A DNA stretch of 35,187 bases from positions 1 to 35,187 of the forward strand of contig JBHLMQ010000033.1 in assembly GCA_048938005.1 (NCBI GenBank), read 5' to 3'. Below the pieces are notes generated by a model. It searched no databases and had not been told where the DNA came from. It saw nothing but the letters and a program-made list of their open reading frames with translations. The translations under genes were made by a program, and so were the position numbers. This document shows positions 27,949 through 35,187 of the stretch, piece after piece. The DNA is from Promethearchaeota archaeon. GTDB taxonomy: Archaea; Asgardarchaeota; Lokiarchaeia; Sigyniarchaeales; SOKP01. Every line of letters starts with the position of its first letter. Position 1 is the stretch's first letter.

Positions 27949-28962
27949 TTATTTTATGAACTTCTGTTTAAATGATTCAATAGTGCTAGAAATTTCATTA
28001 ATATGAAGTTTTAAATCTTTAGGATGTATTTCCTTTAATTTGTCTAAATTATCAATTATATTTTTCAATTCATCAATCCATAAATTCATGAGTATTTCTT
28101 TTTCTTTATTTTTACATGCTAATTTTATTTCATCATCAATCCATTCTTTAGCGCTTTCATATATCTGTTTTTTTTGTACGTCAAGAGTTATTTTCACTAA
28201 ATCTTGCTGACTTTTAAGATTCTCTAACACTGGTTTAAGGTTATTTTTAAACTCTATATTTTCCTCATTGAATTTTTTAAACATGTCTCTAATAACCTCT
28301 TCTTTTGTGTCAAATTCTTCTTTAATATTCTTCAATTTTATTGAAAAATCTTCATTAATTGTTTTTATATTATCAGTGAGAGGTTTTATTTCATTTTTGA
28401 GATCATTGATATGATCATTCAACTTCTGATTTACTGATTGAAATCCATTTTCAATTTGTAAATTAAGTGTTTTGAAGTCTTTCTCAAGCTTTTTATCAAG
28501 AGTAGTAACTTTTTCTTTTAATTCTCTGTCGAACATATCTGATAAATCTTCTATTTTCTTATTAGTTGTATCTCCCTGTTCATCTATTTTCTGATCCAGT
28601 TGTGTGAATTGGTTTTTCACTTTTTGGGCTAATTTATTTATCTCTTCAGTTGATTTCTTTTCAATTTTATTAACATATTCATTTATGTTCTTTTCTAGGT
28701 TTTTAACTTGTTCGGTTAGAGTTTGATCAATTTTTTTTATTTGTTCGTTTGAGCTCTTTTCTAAATTATTAATTTTTTCATTGAGAGTTAGATCTAAGTT
28801 GCTAATTTGTTCTTTTAATTTCTTTTCTAGGTTTTTGATTTGATCTCTTTCTTTTTGTTCAAATGATTTAAATTGATCATTTAATTTTTGATCAAGCTTA
28901 TTAACTTGTTCTTTTAATTTTTGGAAATTTTTTAAAGAAATATCTTCAGGTATCTTATTCAC
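27949..28962 (-). CDS. Coiled-coil protein with 11-residue (hendecad) repeats
   Basis: LKEQVNKLDQK / LNDQFKSFEQK / ERDQIKNLEKK / LKEQISNLDLT... in register for about 16 units; GTG start. Confidence 0.8.
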   Translation of the reverse strand: MNKIPEDISLKNFQKLKEQVNKLDQKLNDQFKSFEQKERDQIKNLEKKLKEQISNLDLTLNEKINNLEKSSNEQIKKIDQTLTEQVKNLEKNINEYVNKIEKKSTEEINKLAQKVKNQFTQLDQKIDEQGDTTNKKIEDLSDMFDRELKEKVTTLDKKLEKDFKTLNLQIENGFQSVNQKLNDHINDLKNEIKPLTDNIKTINEDFSIKLKNIKEEFDTKEEVIRDMFKKFNEENIEFKNNLKPVLENLKSQQDLVKITLDVQKKQIYESAKEWIDDEIKLACKNKEKEILMNLWIDELKNIIDNLDKLKEIHPKDLKLHINEISSTIESFKQKFIK

Positions 28963-29006
28963 CTTTTTTATTAAGATGGTTTCTTAATTTGTAGTTTATT
29001 ATTTCC

Positions 29007-30086
29007 TTAGAGCACCCCTAATTTTTGTTTTGAGTTTTCTTCTCTAAATCTGGTAATGATTTTTACTAATTCAAATTCTTCTCTATTTAATTTTGATATT
29101 AAATCTAAATTCTTTTCAAATTCTTTTTTGGCAGTTATTAAAAAATCTTTTAAGTCAATAAATGATTCTTCGACCGATTTAGATTGGAATTTTTTTATAT
29201 GTTTAATCGTTTTATCAAGTTCAGATAAATTTATTAAAAACCTATCTATAACTTCATTTTTTTGAATTTCATTCTTTTGTAGTTCTTGTTTAAGAAATTC
29301 ATAATAAAGTAAATCTTTATCCTTTTTCTCTAAATCAGCTTTTTTTTTTGTTTTAATTTTGGGTTTAACTTTTTGGAAAATTGTATCTATATTTGTTAGA
29401 TTTACTAATCGATCTTTTAATTGTTTTTCATTTTTACCAATTAATTTTAAAAAAAGCTTGGAAATATTGTTAAGAATAACACCAGGATATAATATCTCTG
29501 CCTTTTTTAGATAAATATAAATCAATAATTCAAAACATTCATTGATATTTTCACCTGTTTTTGCCGAAGTGAATATTAAATGGTCATTTTTAGTCAAAAA
29601 ACTTTTGATAGTATTCTTCACTTCATCATTTACAAACAACAAATCTGATTTATTCCCAACTAGAATTGATAGAATTTCTTCAGAATAACGGTTCGCATTT
29701 TCTAAATATTCACTTTTAATGTTTTGCAGTGTTTCTTTTGGTCTAGATAAATCAAATACCAAAAGAACTATGTCTAAATCAGTATAAATTAAAGGATTTA
29801 ATGGATTAAAAGACCTTTGTCCCCCTGTATCCCAAATTGAAAGTATAATCCTAACTTCATTTTGGTTTTCTTTTATTACATATTCTTTTTTAGTTGTGAC
29901 ACTACCAATTGTTGGCAAATATTGCTCAGGGATTTCTTTTCCGAGAAAAACATTTATCATAGACGTTTTCCCAACCTCTCCTTCCCCAAGAACAACCAAT
30001 TTTAAATTTATAGTATCCAACCCATTTATCGCCCAGAAAAAATTTATAATACGCTTAAATTGAGAATTCTCTGGCTTTAAAACCAT
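29007..30086 (-). CDS. Rab/Ras-superfamily small GTPase with a C-terminal helical extension
   Basis: G1 GEGEVGKT, G2 PTIG, G3 WDTGGQ, G4 NKSD, G5 TSAK; about 160-aa helical tail. The true start may be TTG at 30020. Confidence 0.92.
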   Translation of the reverse strand: MVLKPENSQFKRIINFFWAINGLDTINLKLVVLGEGEVGKTSMINVFLGKEIPEQYLPTIGSVTTKKEYVIKENQNEVRIILSIWDTGGQRSFNPLNPLIYTDLDIVLLVFDLSRPKETLQNIKSEYLENANRYSEEILSILVGNKSDLLFVNDEVKNTIKSFLTKNDHLIFTSAKTGENINECFELLIYIYLKKAEILYPGVILNNISKLFLKLIGKNEKQLKDRLVNLTNIDTIFQKVKPKIKTKKKADLEKKDKDLLYYEFLKQELQKNEIQKNEVIDRFLINLSELDKTIKHIKKFQSKSVEESFIDLKDFLITAKKEFEKNLDLISKLNREEFELVKIITRFREENSKQKLGVL

Positions 30087-30338
30087 TAATTAAGAATTAA
30101 TTAATTCATAGAAACAAAATAGAAATCTATATTTAAATATATTTAGAAAAAAACTTTTTAAAACTGTATTTATCAATTTAAACTATTTAATTAATTAAAT
30201 CAATATTTCTTAAAAGAAAGCGCTATCTAAGTAATGATTTTTAAATCGATAAAAACTTTATATTATTTTCTTATTTTTCACTATCAATATTATAATATTA
30301 TTATAAATATTAAAAAGAATAAAAAGGGGTATAAGAAA

Positions 30339-31376
30339 TTGGGTTTAAAAACAAACATTACTGAAATGTTCGGGATTAAGCATCCGATTGTTGCTGCTCC
30401 TATGGGGCCTTTTTACACAAAATTATTAGCAGTTGCAGTTTCTGAAGCAGGAGGCCTTGGAGTTTTAAGCCATACCAATCTTTTTGGAAAAAATAGTTTA
30501 GAAGAAATGAAAAAAGATATGGAATATGTGATTGAACATACAGATAAACCTTTTGGATTTAATGTAAGGACATCAAGATTACAGCTTGACGCTCCAGGTC
30601 TCTTACGCGGGATTTCAAAATTTATTATGGATAATCAAAAATTAAAAGAACAATGTCTTTATGTTATAACAAGTGCAGGCTCAGCTAAATTATTGCCAAA
30701 AATAAAATCTTTCCAAAGATTAAAAGAAAGTGGTTCTAATATTAAACATTTTCATGTTGCTCCGGCATTATGGCTCGCTGATAAGTGTGTTGATGCAGGA
30801 GTCGATGGTGTTGTATTAACTGGATATGAAGGTGGGGGACATCAATCTTATGAAAAAATTAGTACATTAGTTCTTATTCAACAAGTTAAACGAAAATATC
30901 CAAATATGCCAATCATAGCCTGTGGAGGCTTTGCAAGTGGTGAAGGTTTAGCTTCAGCTTTAGCAATGGGAGCAGGAGGTATTGCGATGGGATCTAGATT
31001 TATTGCCTCAAAAGATAGTGAATTTAACGAAAATTATAAAAATATAGTGCCTTCAGCAAAAGCAACTGATACTATATACGTTACTGGAGTTTTGGGTCCA
31101 ATTCGTTTATGGAAAAATAATTATTCTTTACACCATGGAGTTGTTTCCAGCAAAGAAGAGAAAATGGCATTAGAAGCACAAATAACTCCTGAAATGGCAT
31201 TAAAAGACCAGAAGTTTTATGAAATAACTTATGAAGGTAATATCACGGATGGAGCAGTTCTTTTAGGTCAAAGTATTGGTATTATTAACTCGATTGAGAG
31301 TGTTCAAGATATCATTAATGATATCGTTAAGTCTGCTGAAAAAAGGTTGAAAGAAGCTAATTCATATATAGTTTAA
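30339..31376 (+). CDS. Nitronate monooxygenase / FabK-like flavoprotein (paralog 2)
   Basis: Same motifs as 16138-17190. A TTG start at 30339 after AAGGGG aligns its N-terminus with the paralog. Confidence 0.9.
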   Translation: MGLKTNITEMFGIKHPIVAAPMGPFYTKLLAVAVSEAGGLGVLSHTNLFGKNSLEEMKKDMEYVIEHTDKPFGFNVRTSRLQLDAPGLLRGISKFIMDNQKLKEQCLYVITSAGSAKLLPKIKSFQRLKESGSNIKHFHVAPALWLADKCVDAGVDGVVLTGYEGGGHQSYEKISTLVLIQQVKRKYPNMPIIACGGFASGEGLASALAMGAGGIAMGSRFIASKDSEFNENYKNIVPSAKATDTIYVTGVLGPIRLWKNNYSLHHGVVSSKEEKMALEAQITPEMALKDQKFYEITYEGNITDGAVLLGQSIGIINSIESVQDIINDIVKSAEKRLKEANSYIV

Positions 31377-31481
31377 ATCTGTCTAGAGTCAAAATAAATA
31401 CTTATATTATTTTTTTTCTTATTTTATTATATTTCTAATCAAATATTTCTGTATATAAAATGAATGTAAGAGATAAAAAAC

Positions 31482-32321
31482 GTGAAAGAAATAGTAACTC
31501 TAACTACAGAAATCCTTCTTGAAGGTTTATTATGGCCGGAGAGTCCACGTTGGCATAATGGTAAACTCTGGTTTTCTGATATGGATGCTCATAAAGTAAT
31601 GACTGTGGATCTAAATGGAAATACAGAAACTATATTGGAGATACCGAACCGAACTTCAGGTTTAGGTTGGCTCCCTGATGGTAGAATGTTATTAGTGTCA
31701 ATGGAGAATTCTAGGATACTTCGACTTGATCCTGAAGGAGTAACAGAACACGCAAACTTGATTGGCCTTGCCACTTTGAATTGTAATGATATGGTTGTTG
31801 ATGAAAAAGGGAGAGCATATGTGGGGAATATGGGATTTGATTTTTTTAGTCCCAACCCAAAATTTACTCCAGCCGAAATTATTCTTGTAACCCCAGAAGG
31901 AGATACTAGGATTGCCGCTGATGACATGGCTTTCCCGAATGGGATGGTTATTACTCAAGATGGTAAAACTCTTATTGTTGCAGAAACTTTTGCTCGGCGA
32001 ATTACAGCATTTAATATTATGGATGATGGTTCTCTTACAGAACGTAGAATATGGGCTAAACTTAGATCAATAGCTCCTGATGGAATATGTTTGGATGCTG
32101 AAGGTGCTATTTGGTCTTCTGCTCCAGGACGCCATAGAGCAGTACGTATTCTCGAAGGGGGTAAAATTACTCATGAAGTTAAAATTGAAACAGATGCTTA
32201 TGCTTGTATGCTTGGTGGGCCTAACCGTGATATACTTTTTATAGCAACATCAACCGCTGAGAGAGTAAAAGGACGGATAGAATACGTAAAGGTTGATATT
32301 CCAGGGGCTGGACTTCCTTAA
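31482..32321 (+). CDS. SMP-30/gluconolactonase/LRE-family protein
   Basis: PESPRWH, LWFSD, NDMVVD, FPNGM, PDGICLDAEG, ACMLGG. Confidence 0.93.
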   Translation: MKEIVTLTTEILLEGLLWPESPRWHNGKLWFSDMDAHKVMTVDLNGNTETILEIPNRTSGLGWLPDGRMLLVSMENSRILRLDPEGVTEHANLIGLATLNCNDMVVDEKGRAYVGNMGFDFFSPNPKFTPAEIILVTPEGDTRIAADDMAFPNGMVITQDGKTLIVAETFARRITAFNIMDDGSLTERRIWAKLRSIAPDGICLDAEGAIWSSAPGRHRAVRILEGGKITHEVKIETDAYACMLGGPNRDILFIATSTAERVKGRIEYVKVDIPGAGLP

Positions 32322-32375
32322 TCTTTATTCTGTTCAAAAAGAATTTATCAAAACTAAAAAAAGAAATAAAAGAAA

Positions 32376-32852
32376 ATGTCATATAATAGAAAAGAAATAG
32401 GGCCCTATGATTATATTGAGCACTTTAAGAGAAATACGGGATTATTGGTATCGATGGATAAAAATGGAAAACCCAATGTTATGGCTCTAGATTGGAAAAA
32501 AATTGAAGAATTTAAGGGCATTCCTGTCATTAGAGCACAAGTAGACTATAGTCGATATACTTATAAATTACTTACTGAAGGAGTAAATGAATTTACTGTA
32601 AACATACCTTCAGATAAAATATATCATACAGTAGATATAGCAGGGTCTTATTCAGGGAGAAATATTGATAAATTTAAAGAAGCGGGATTGGAAACCATTC
32701 CTGGAAAAAGAACAAAAGTACCAACAATAAAAGGTTGTATTCTAAGTTATGAATGTCAAATAATTCACACAAGTAAATCTGATATAAGTAGTCATCATTA
32801 TTTTTATGGAAGCATTCTAACTGCTTATGCCTCAAATGAAATTATAAAATAA
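32376..32852 (+). CDS. Flavin reductase-like (flavoredoxin family) protein
   Basis: GKPNVM, SRYT, EFTVNIP, GSYSGRNIDKF, VPTI, YEC. Confidence 0.88.
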   Translation: MSYNRKEIGPYDYIEHFKRNTGLLVSMDKNGKPNVMALDWKKIEEFKGIPVIRAQVDYSRYTYKLLTEGVNEFTVNIPSDKIYHTVDIAGSYSGRNIDKFKEAGLETIPGKRTKVPTIKGCILSYECQIIHTSKSDISSHHYFYGSILTAYASNEIIK

Positions 32853-32857
32853 CTTTT

Positions 32858-33274
32858 TCAAATTTCTTTTTCACAAAAACACGCTGAACTGTTAAAAATC
32901 TTTTCACCACATGGACATTGTTCTGGATGGTTATATTTTTCACAGATTCTTTGTATTGTTTCGCATGTAAAAAGTAAGCTAAATTTTTCACTTTCAACAT
33001 GGGCTTTGCTTGGATCAAGTGCTAATTCTTTATGTAATAGTAATTCGAGAAGCCTACTATGTCGATTCAATTCTTTTGCTAATTCAATACCATCTATAGT
33101 TAAAAATACTTCATGATATGGTTCATACTTGACTAAATTTTGTTTTTTTAGTCTTTTAATACAACTACCAAGAGTCGAATGAGGTATCTTTAAAGCTTTT
33201 TTTATTTCACCAATTTTCATTGAGTATGGTGATTTAAATAAAAATTTTATCACATGGTAATCTAAATCTACCAT
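32858..33274 (-). CDS. DtxR/MntR-family metal-dependent transcriptional regulator
   Basis: HTH...LV.YEPY..V.LT..G...A....R.H.RLLE; C-terminal HPEQCPCG. Confidence 0.88.
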   Translation of the reverse strand: MVDLDYHVIKFLFKSPYSMKIGEIKKALKIPHSTLGSCIKRLKKQNLVKYEPYHEVFLTIDGIELAKELNRHSRLLELLLHKELALDPSKAHVESEKFSLLFTCETIQRICEKYNHPEQCPCGEKIFNSSACFCEKEI

Positions 33275-33304
33275 TTTATCAACTCCTTCAGTGTTATTGA
33301 TTGA

Positions 33305-34069
33305 TTAATGTTCATGCCCTCCAATTGCTAGTATAAATGCCATAATTACAATACCTAATACGACTAATATCAATTGTTTTATGATTTCTTTAGTGCCTGT
33401 TTTTTCATGTAATTGTGGAGTTAAATCTGATAATGCTATATAAATAAAACTAGCTGATGAGATTGCCAAAAATATTGGTATAAGAAAGTTTAAAATTCCA
33501 ATAATGTAATAACTAATAATGGCAGCAGGTATCGTAGATAAACTAGATATTAAATTATAGATAAATGCTTTTTTTTTTTGCATTCCACTATGAATAAGTA
33601 TACCAAAATCACCTGTCTCCTGAGGGATCTCATGAATTATTATTGTAATACTGACTGCAATACCAATATTGAAATCTGTAATAAAAGCAGTTGCAATAAG
33701 AATTCCATCTGTAAAATTATGAAAAGCATCTCCTACCAGAATTATTGGTACTGATGCTTGACTATGAACTTCACAACTATTATTTTGACAATTCCGCCAA
33801 ATTAAAACTTTTTCTAAGAAAAAGAAAAACAGAATACTTCCTAGTACAAAATACATAATTAAATGAGGTTCACCAGCAGAACTCTCGATTGCTTCAGGAA
33901 TTAAGCCTAAAAATGAAGCAGTAAGTAATGTTCCTGTTGCAAATGAAATTAATGCAGAAACTATAACTTTTTGTATACTTTCTTTAAAGAGAATGAATCC
34001 CGAAGCAGCAAATATAGCACCTACACTTCCTAGAGTTGCAAATAATATTATCCAAACTAAAATAGGAAT
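33305..34069 (-). CDS. ZIP-family metal (Zn/Fe) transporter (probable ATT start)
   Basis: GDAFHNFTDG and HEIPQETGDF signatures. The frame extends 71 codons upstream of the ORF-track ATG (33856) through (M)PILVWIILFATLGSVGA...ALISFATGTLLTASFLGLIPEA, which are the ZIP TM1-TM2 helices. Confidence 0.9.
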   Translation of the reverse strand: MPILVWIILFATLGSVGAIFAASGFILFKESIQKVIVSALISFATGTLLTASFLGLIPEAIESSAGEPHLIMYFVLGSILFFFFLEKVLIWRNCQNNSCEVHSQASVPIILVGDAFHNFTDGILIATAFITDFNIGIAVSITIIIHEIPQETGDFGILIHSGMQKKKAFIYNLISSLSTIPAAIISYYIIGILNFLIPIFLAISSASFIYIALSDLTPQLHEKTGTKEIIKQLILVVLGIVIMAFILAIGGHEH

Positions 34070-34093
34070 TTCTCACCTTTTAGTTTCTTTTCA

Positions 34094-34169
34094 AAATTTA
34101 CGAAGTATCGTAATTTATATAAATAAGATATTAGAAAAATATTTAAAATTTACGATCAATCGTAAATTT
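34094..34169. promoter_or_regulatory. Two tandem palindromic operators TTACGA-N4-TCGTAA upstream of the ZIP-DtxR operon
   Basis: Site A core at 34098-34113. Site B is AAATTTACGAT-CA-ATCGTAAATTT at 34146-34169, with perfect 11-bp arms. Confidence 0.7.
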
Positions 34170-34312
34170 AAATAATATTATTTCTGTTGAACTCACACTC
34201 TATAGGTTAGATTTTTTTAAGAGAACTTAATAATTAGAAAATCAATTAATGATCAAGTCTTATAAATAGATTTATAATCTATTTTAGAGGTTAATTCATC
34301 ATTAAAATACCA

Positions 34313-35187
34313 TTGACCTTTTCTTGTATAAATTGTGAAAAAAAGTTTGAATTTACTTCTATTCACCATAAATGTCCTAAATGTGAAGGATTATTGTGGA
34401 TTGAGCTTAATTTAAGCAAGCTTAAAGAATTCTCTAAAGTTGAAGAAGATGGTAAATTTTGGGATTATAAATTTGCTTTTCCTCAAATAAAGGATGATTT
34501 CATCATTTCATTAGGAGAAGGAGGAAGTCCATGTAGAAGCTCAAGAAAATTTGGAGAAAAATTAGGATTAAAATATTTATTTTTTAAGGACGAAACTGTA
34601 AATCCTACAAGTTCTTTTAAAGATCGTGCTGCTGCATTATTAACTTCACATGCAAGAAGTTGGGATTTTAAAAAAATAATATGTGCTTCAAATGGTAATC
34701 AAGGTGCCTCATTAGCAGCCTATACATCAGTTGAGGGGATGAACTGTTTGAATATTATTCCAAATCTAATTGATATTGGCAAAAAGGCTCAAATGATTGC
34801 TTATAACTCTGAATTACAAGTAATCGGAGATACAGTTGACGATGCAATTGCAGATATGATAATGCGTGGTAATATTAAGGATTTTTATCAAGGTACTCCC
34901 GATTTAAATCCACTTACTCTTGAAGCGCAAAAAACCATTGCTTATGAAATAATTAAACAGATTAAAGACCCAACTTGGATATTAATCCCTATGGGTAGTG
35001 GAGAATTATTAGTTAGTTTATGGAAAGGTTTTTATGAGCTTAAACAAGCTGAAATTACGAAGGAAATTCCTAAATTAGTTGGAATACAATCTCAGGTATT
35101 ATCTCCCATTGTAGATCAATTCTTAGAAAAAGAAACATTTAATATAAAGAATAAAAGACTATATAATTCACTTGCTTTAGGTATATT
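34313..35187 (+). CDS. thrC: Threonine synthase-like PLP enzyme (3' end runs off the window)
   Basis: Not in the ORF track. N-terminal CINC..CPKC zinc ribbon, SLGEGGSP, KDETVNPTSSFKDR (PLP lysine), ASNGNQGASLAAY, QKTIAYEI, PMGSGEL. Start is TTG 34313, or possibly ATT 34301 after GAGG. Confidence 0.9.
   Translation, partial: MTFSCINCEKKFEFTSIHHKCPKCEGLLWIELNLSKLKEFSKVEEDGKFWDYKFAFPQIKDDFIISLGEGGSPCRSSRKFGEKLGLKYLFFKDETVNPTSSFKDRAAALLTSHARSWDFKKIICASNGNQGASLAAYTSVEGMNCLNIIPNLIDIGKKAQMIAYNSELQVIGDTVDDAIADMIMRGNIKDFYQGTPDLNPLTLEAQKTIAYEIIKQIKDPTWILIPMGSGELLVSLWKGFYELKQAEITKEIPKLVGIQSQVLSPIVDQFLEKETFNIKNKRLYNSLALGI

Noticed and set aside
25025-28962. SMC/Rad50 annotation for the two coiled-coil proteins
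   Set aside because: No Walker A/B, signature motif, hinge or zinc hook.
30234-30338. N-terminal extensions in the ORF track (also 21685-21738 and 24955-25023)
   Set aside because: They are AT-rich, promoter-like sequence; downstream starts fit the family N-termini better.
1886-34175. Short overlapping ORFs in the track (e.g. 1886-2071, 2458-2697, 6393-6599, 7195-7455, 9027-9311, 25326-25673, 31589-31927, 33993-34175)
   Set aside because: They lie antisense to well-supported genes and have no motifs; they are shadow ORFs.
1-35187. CRISPR array, rRNA/tRNA genes, transposase, integrase or provirus
   Set aside because: No regularly spaced repeats, cloverleafs or mobile-element proteins were seen, and nearly all sequence is explained by CDSs.

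Overview
AT-rich, gene-dense archaeal chromosomal segment. It most likely comes from an Asgard archaeon (Lokiarchaeia-like). This is inferred from archaeal core genes (Lsm-rpl37e, tRNA-splicing endonuclease, PINA ATPase, archaeal-type SepF) occurring together with eukaryotic-signature proteins (roadblock/LC7, longin, a Rab/Ras-like GTPase and a ubiquitin-fold protein). About 36 CDSs are supported; I found no rRNA, tRNA, CRISPR array or transposase. Main observations: (1) an 84-aa ubiquitin-like gene with a SUMO-like QxGG-V tail at 15051-15305, missing from the ORF track; (2) three genes (the Ubl, a ThiF/E1-like enzyme and a ZIP transporter) whose conserved N-termini lack ATG/GTG/TTG and appear to start at ATT after a GGTGA-type Shine-Dalgarno; (3) a putative CorA-like two-helix membrane protein fused to an intact NUDIX hydrolase, directly upstream of nadA; (4) a long intergenic hairpin with a TATA box upstream and a T-tract downstream (candidate ncRNA or MITE); (5) a SIRT6/7-like sirtuin, a PINA ATPase apparently lacking its KH domain, a GTPase paired with a hendecad coiled-coil protein, and two clear palindromic operator systems. 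All family calls were made by eye from motifs; no database searches were run.
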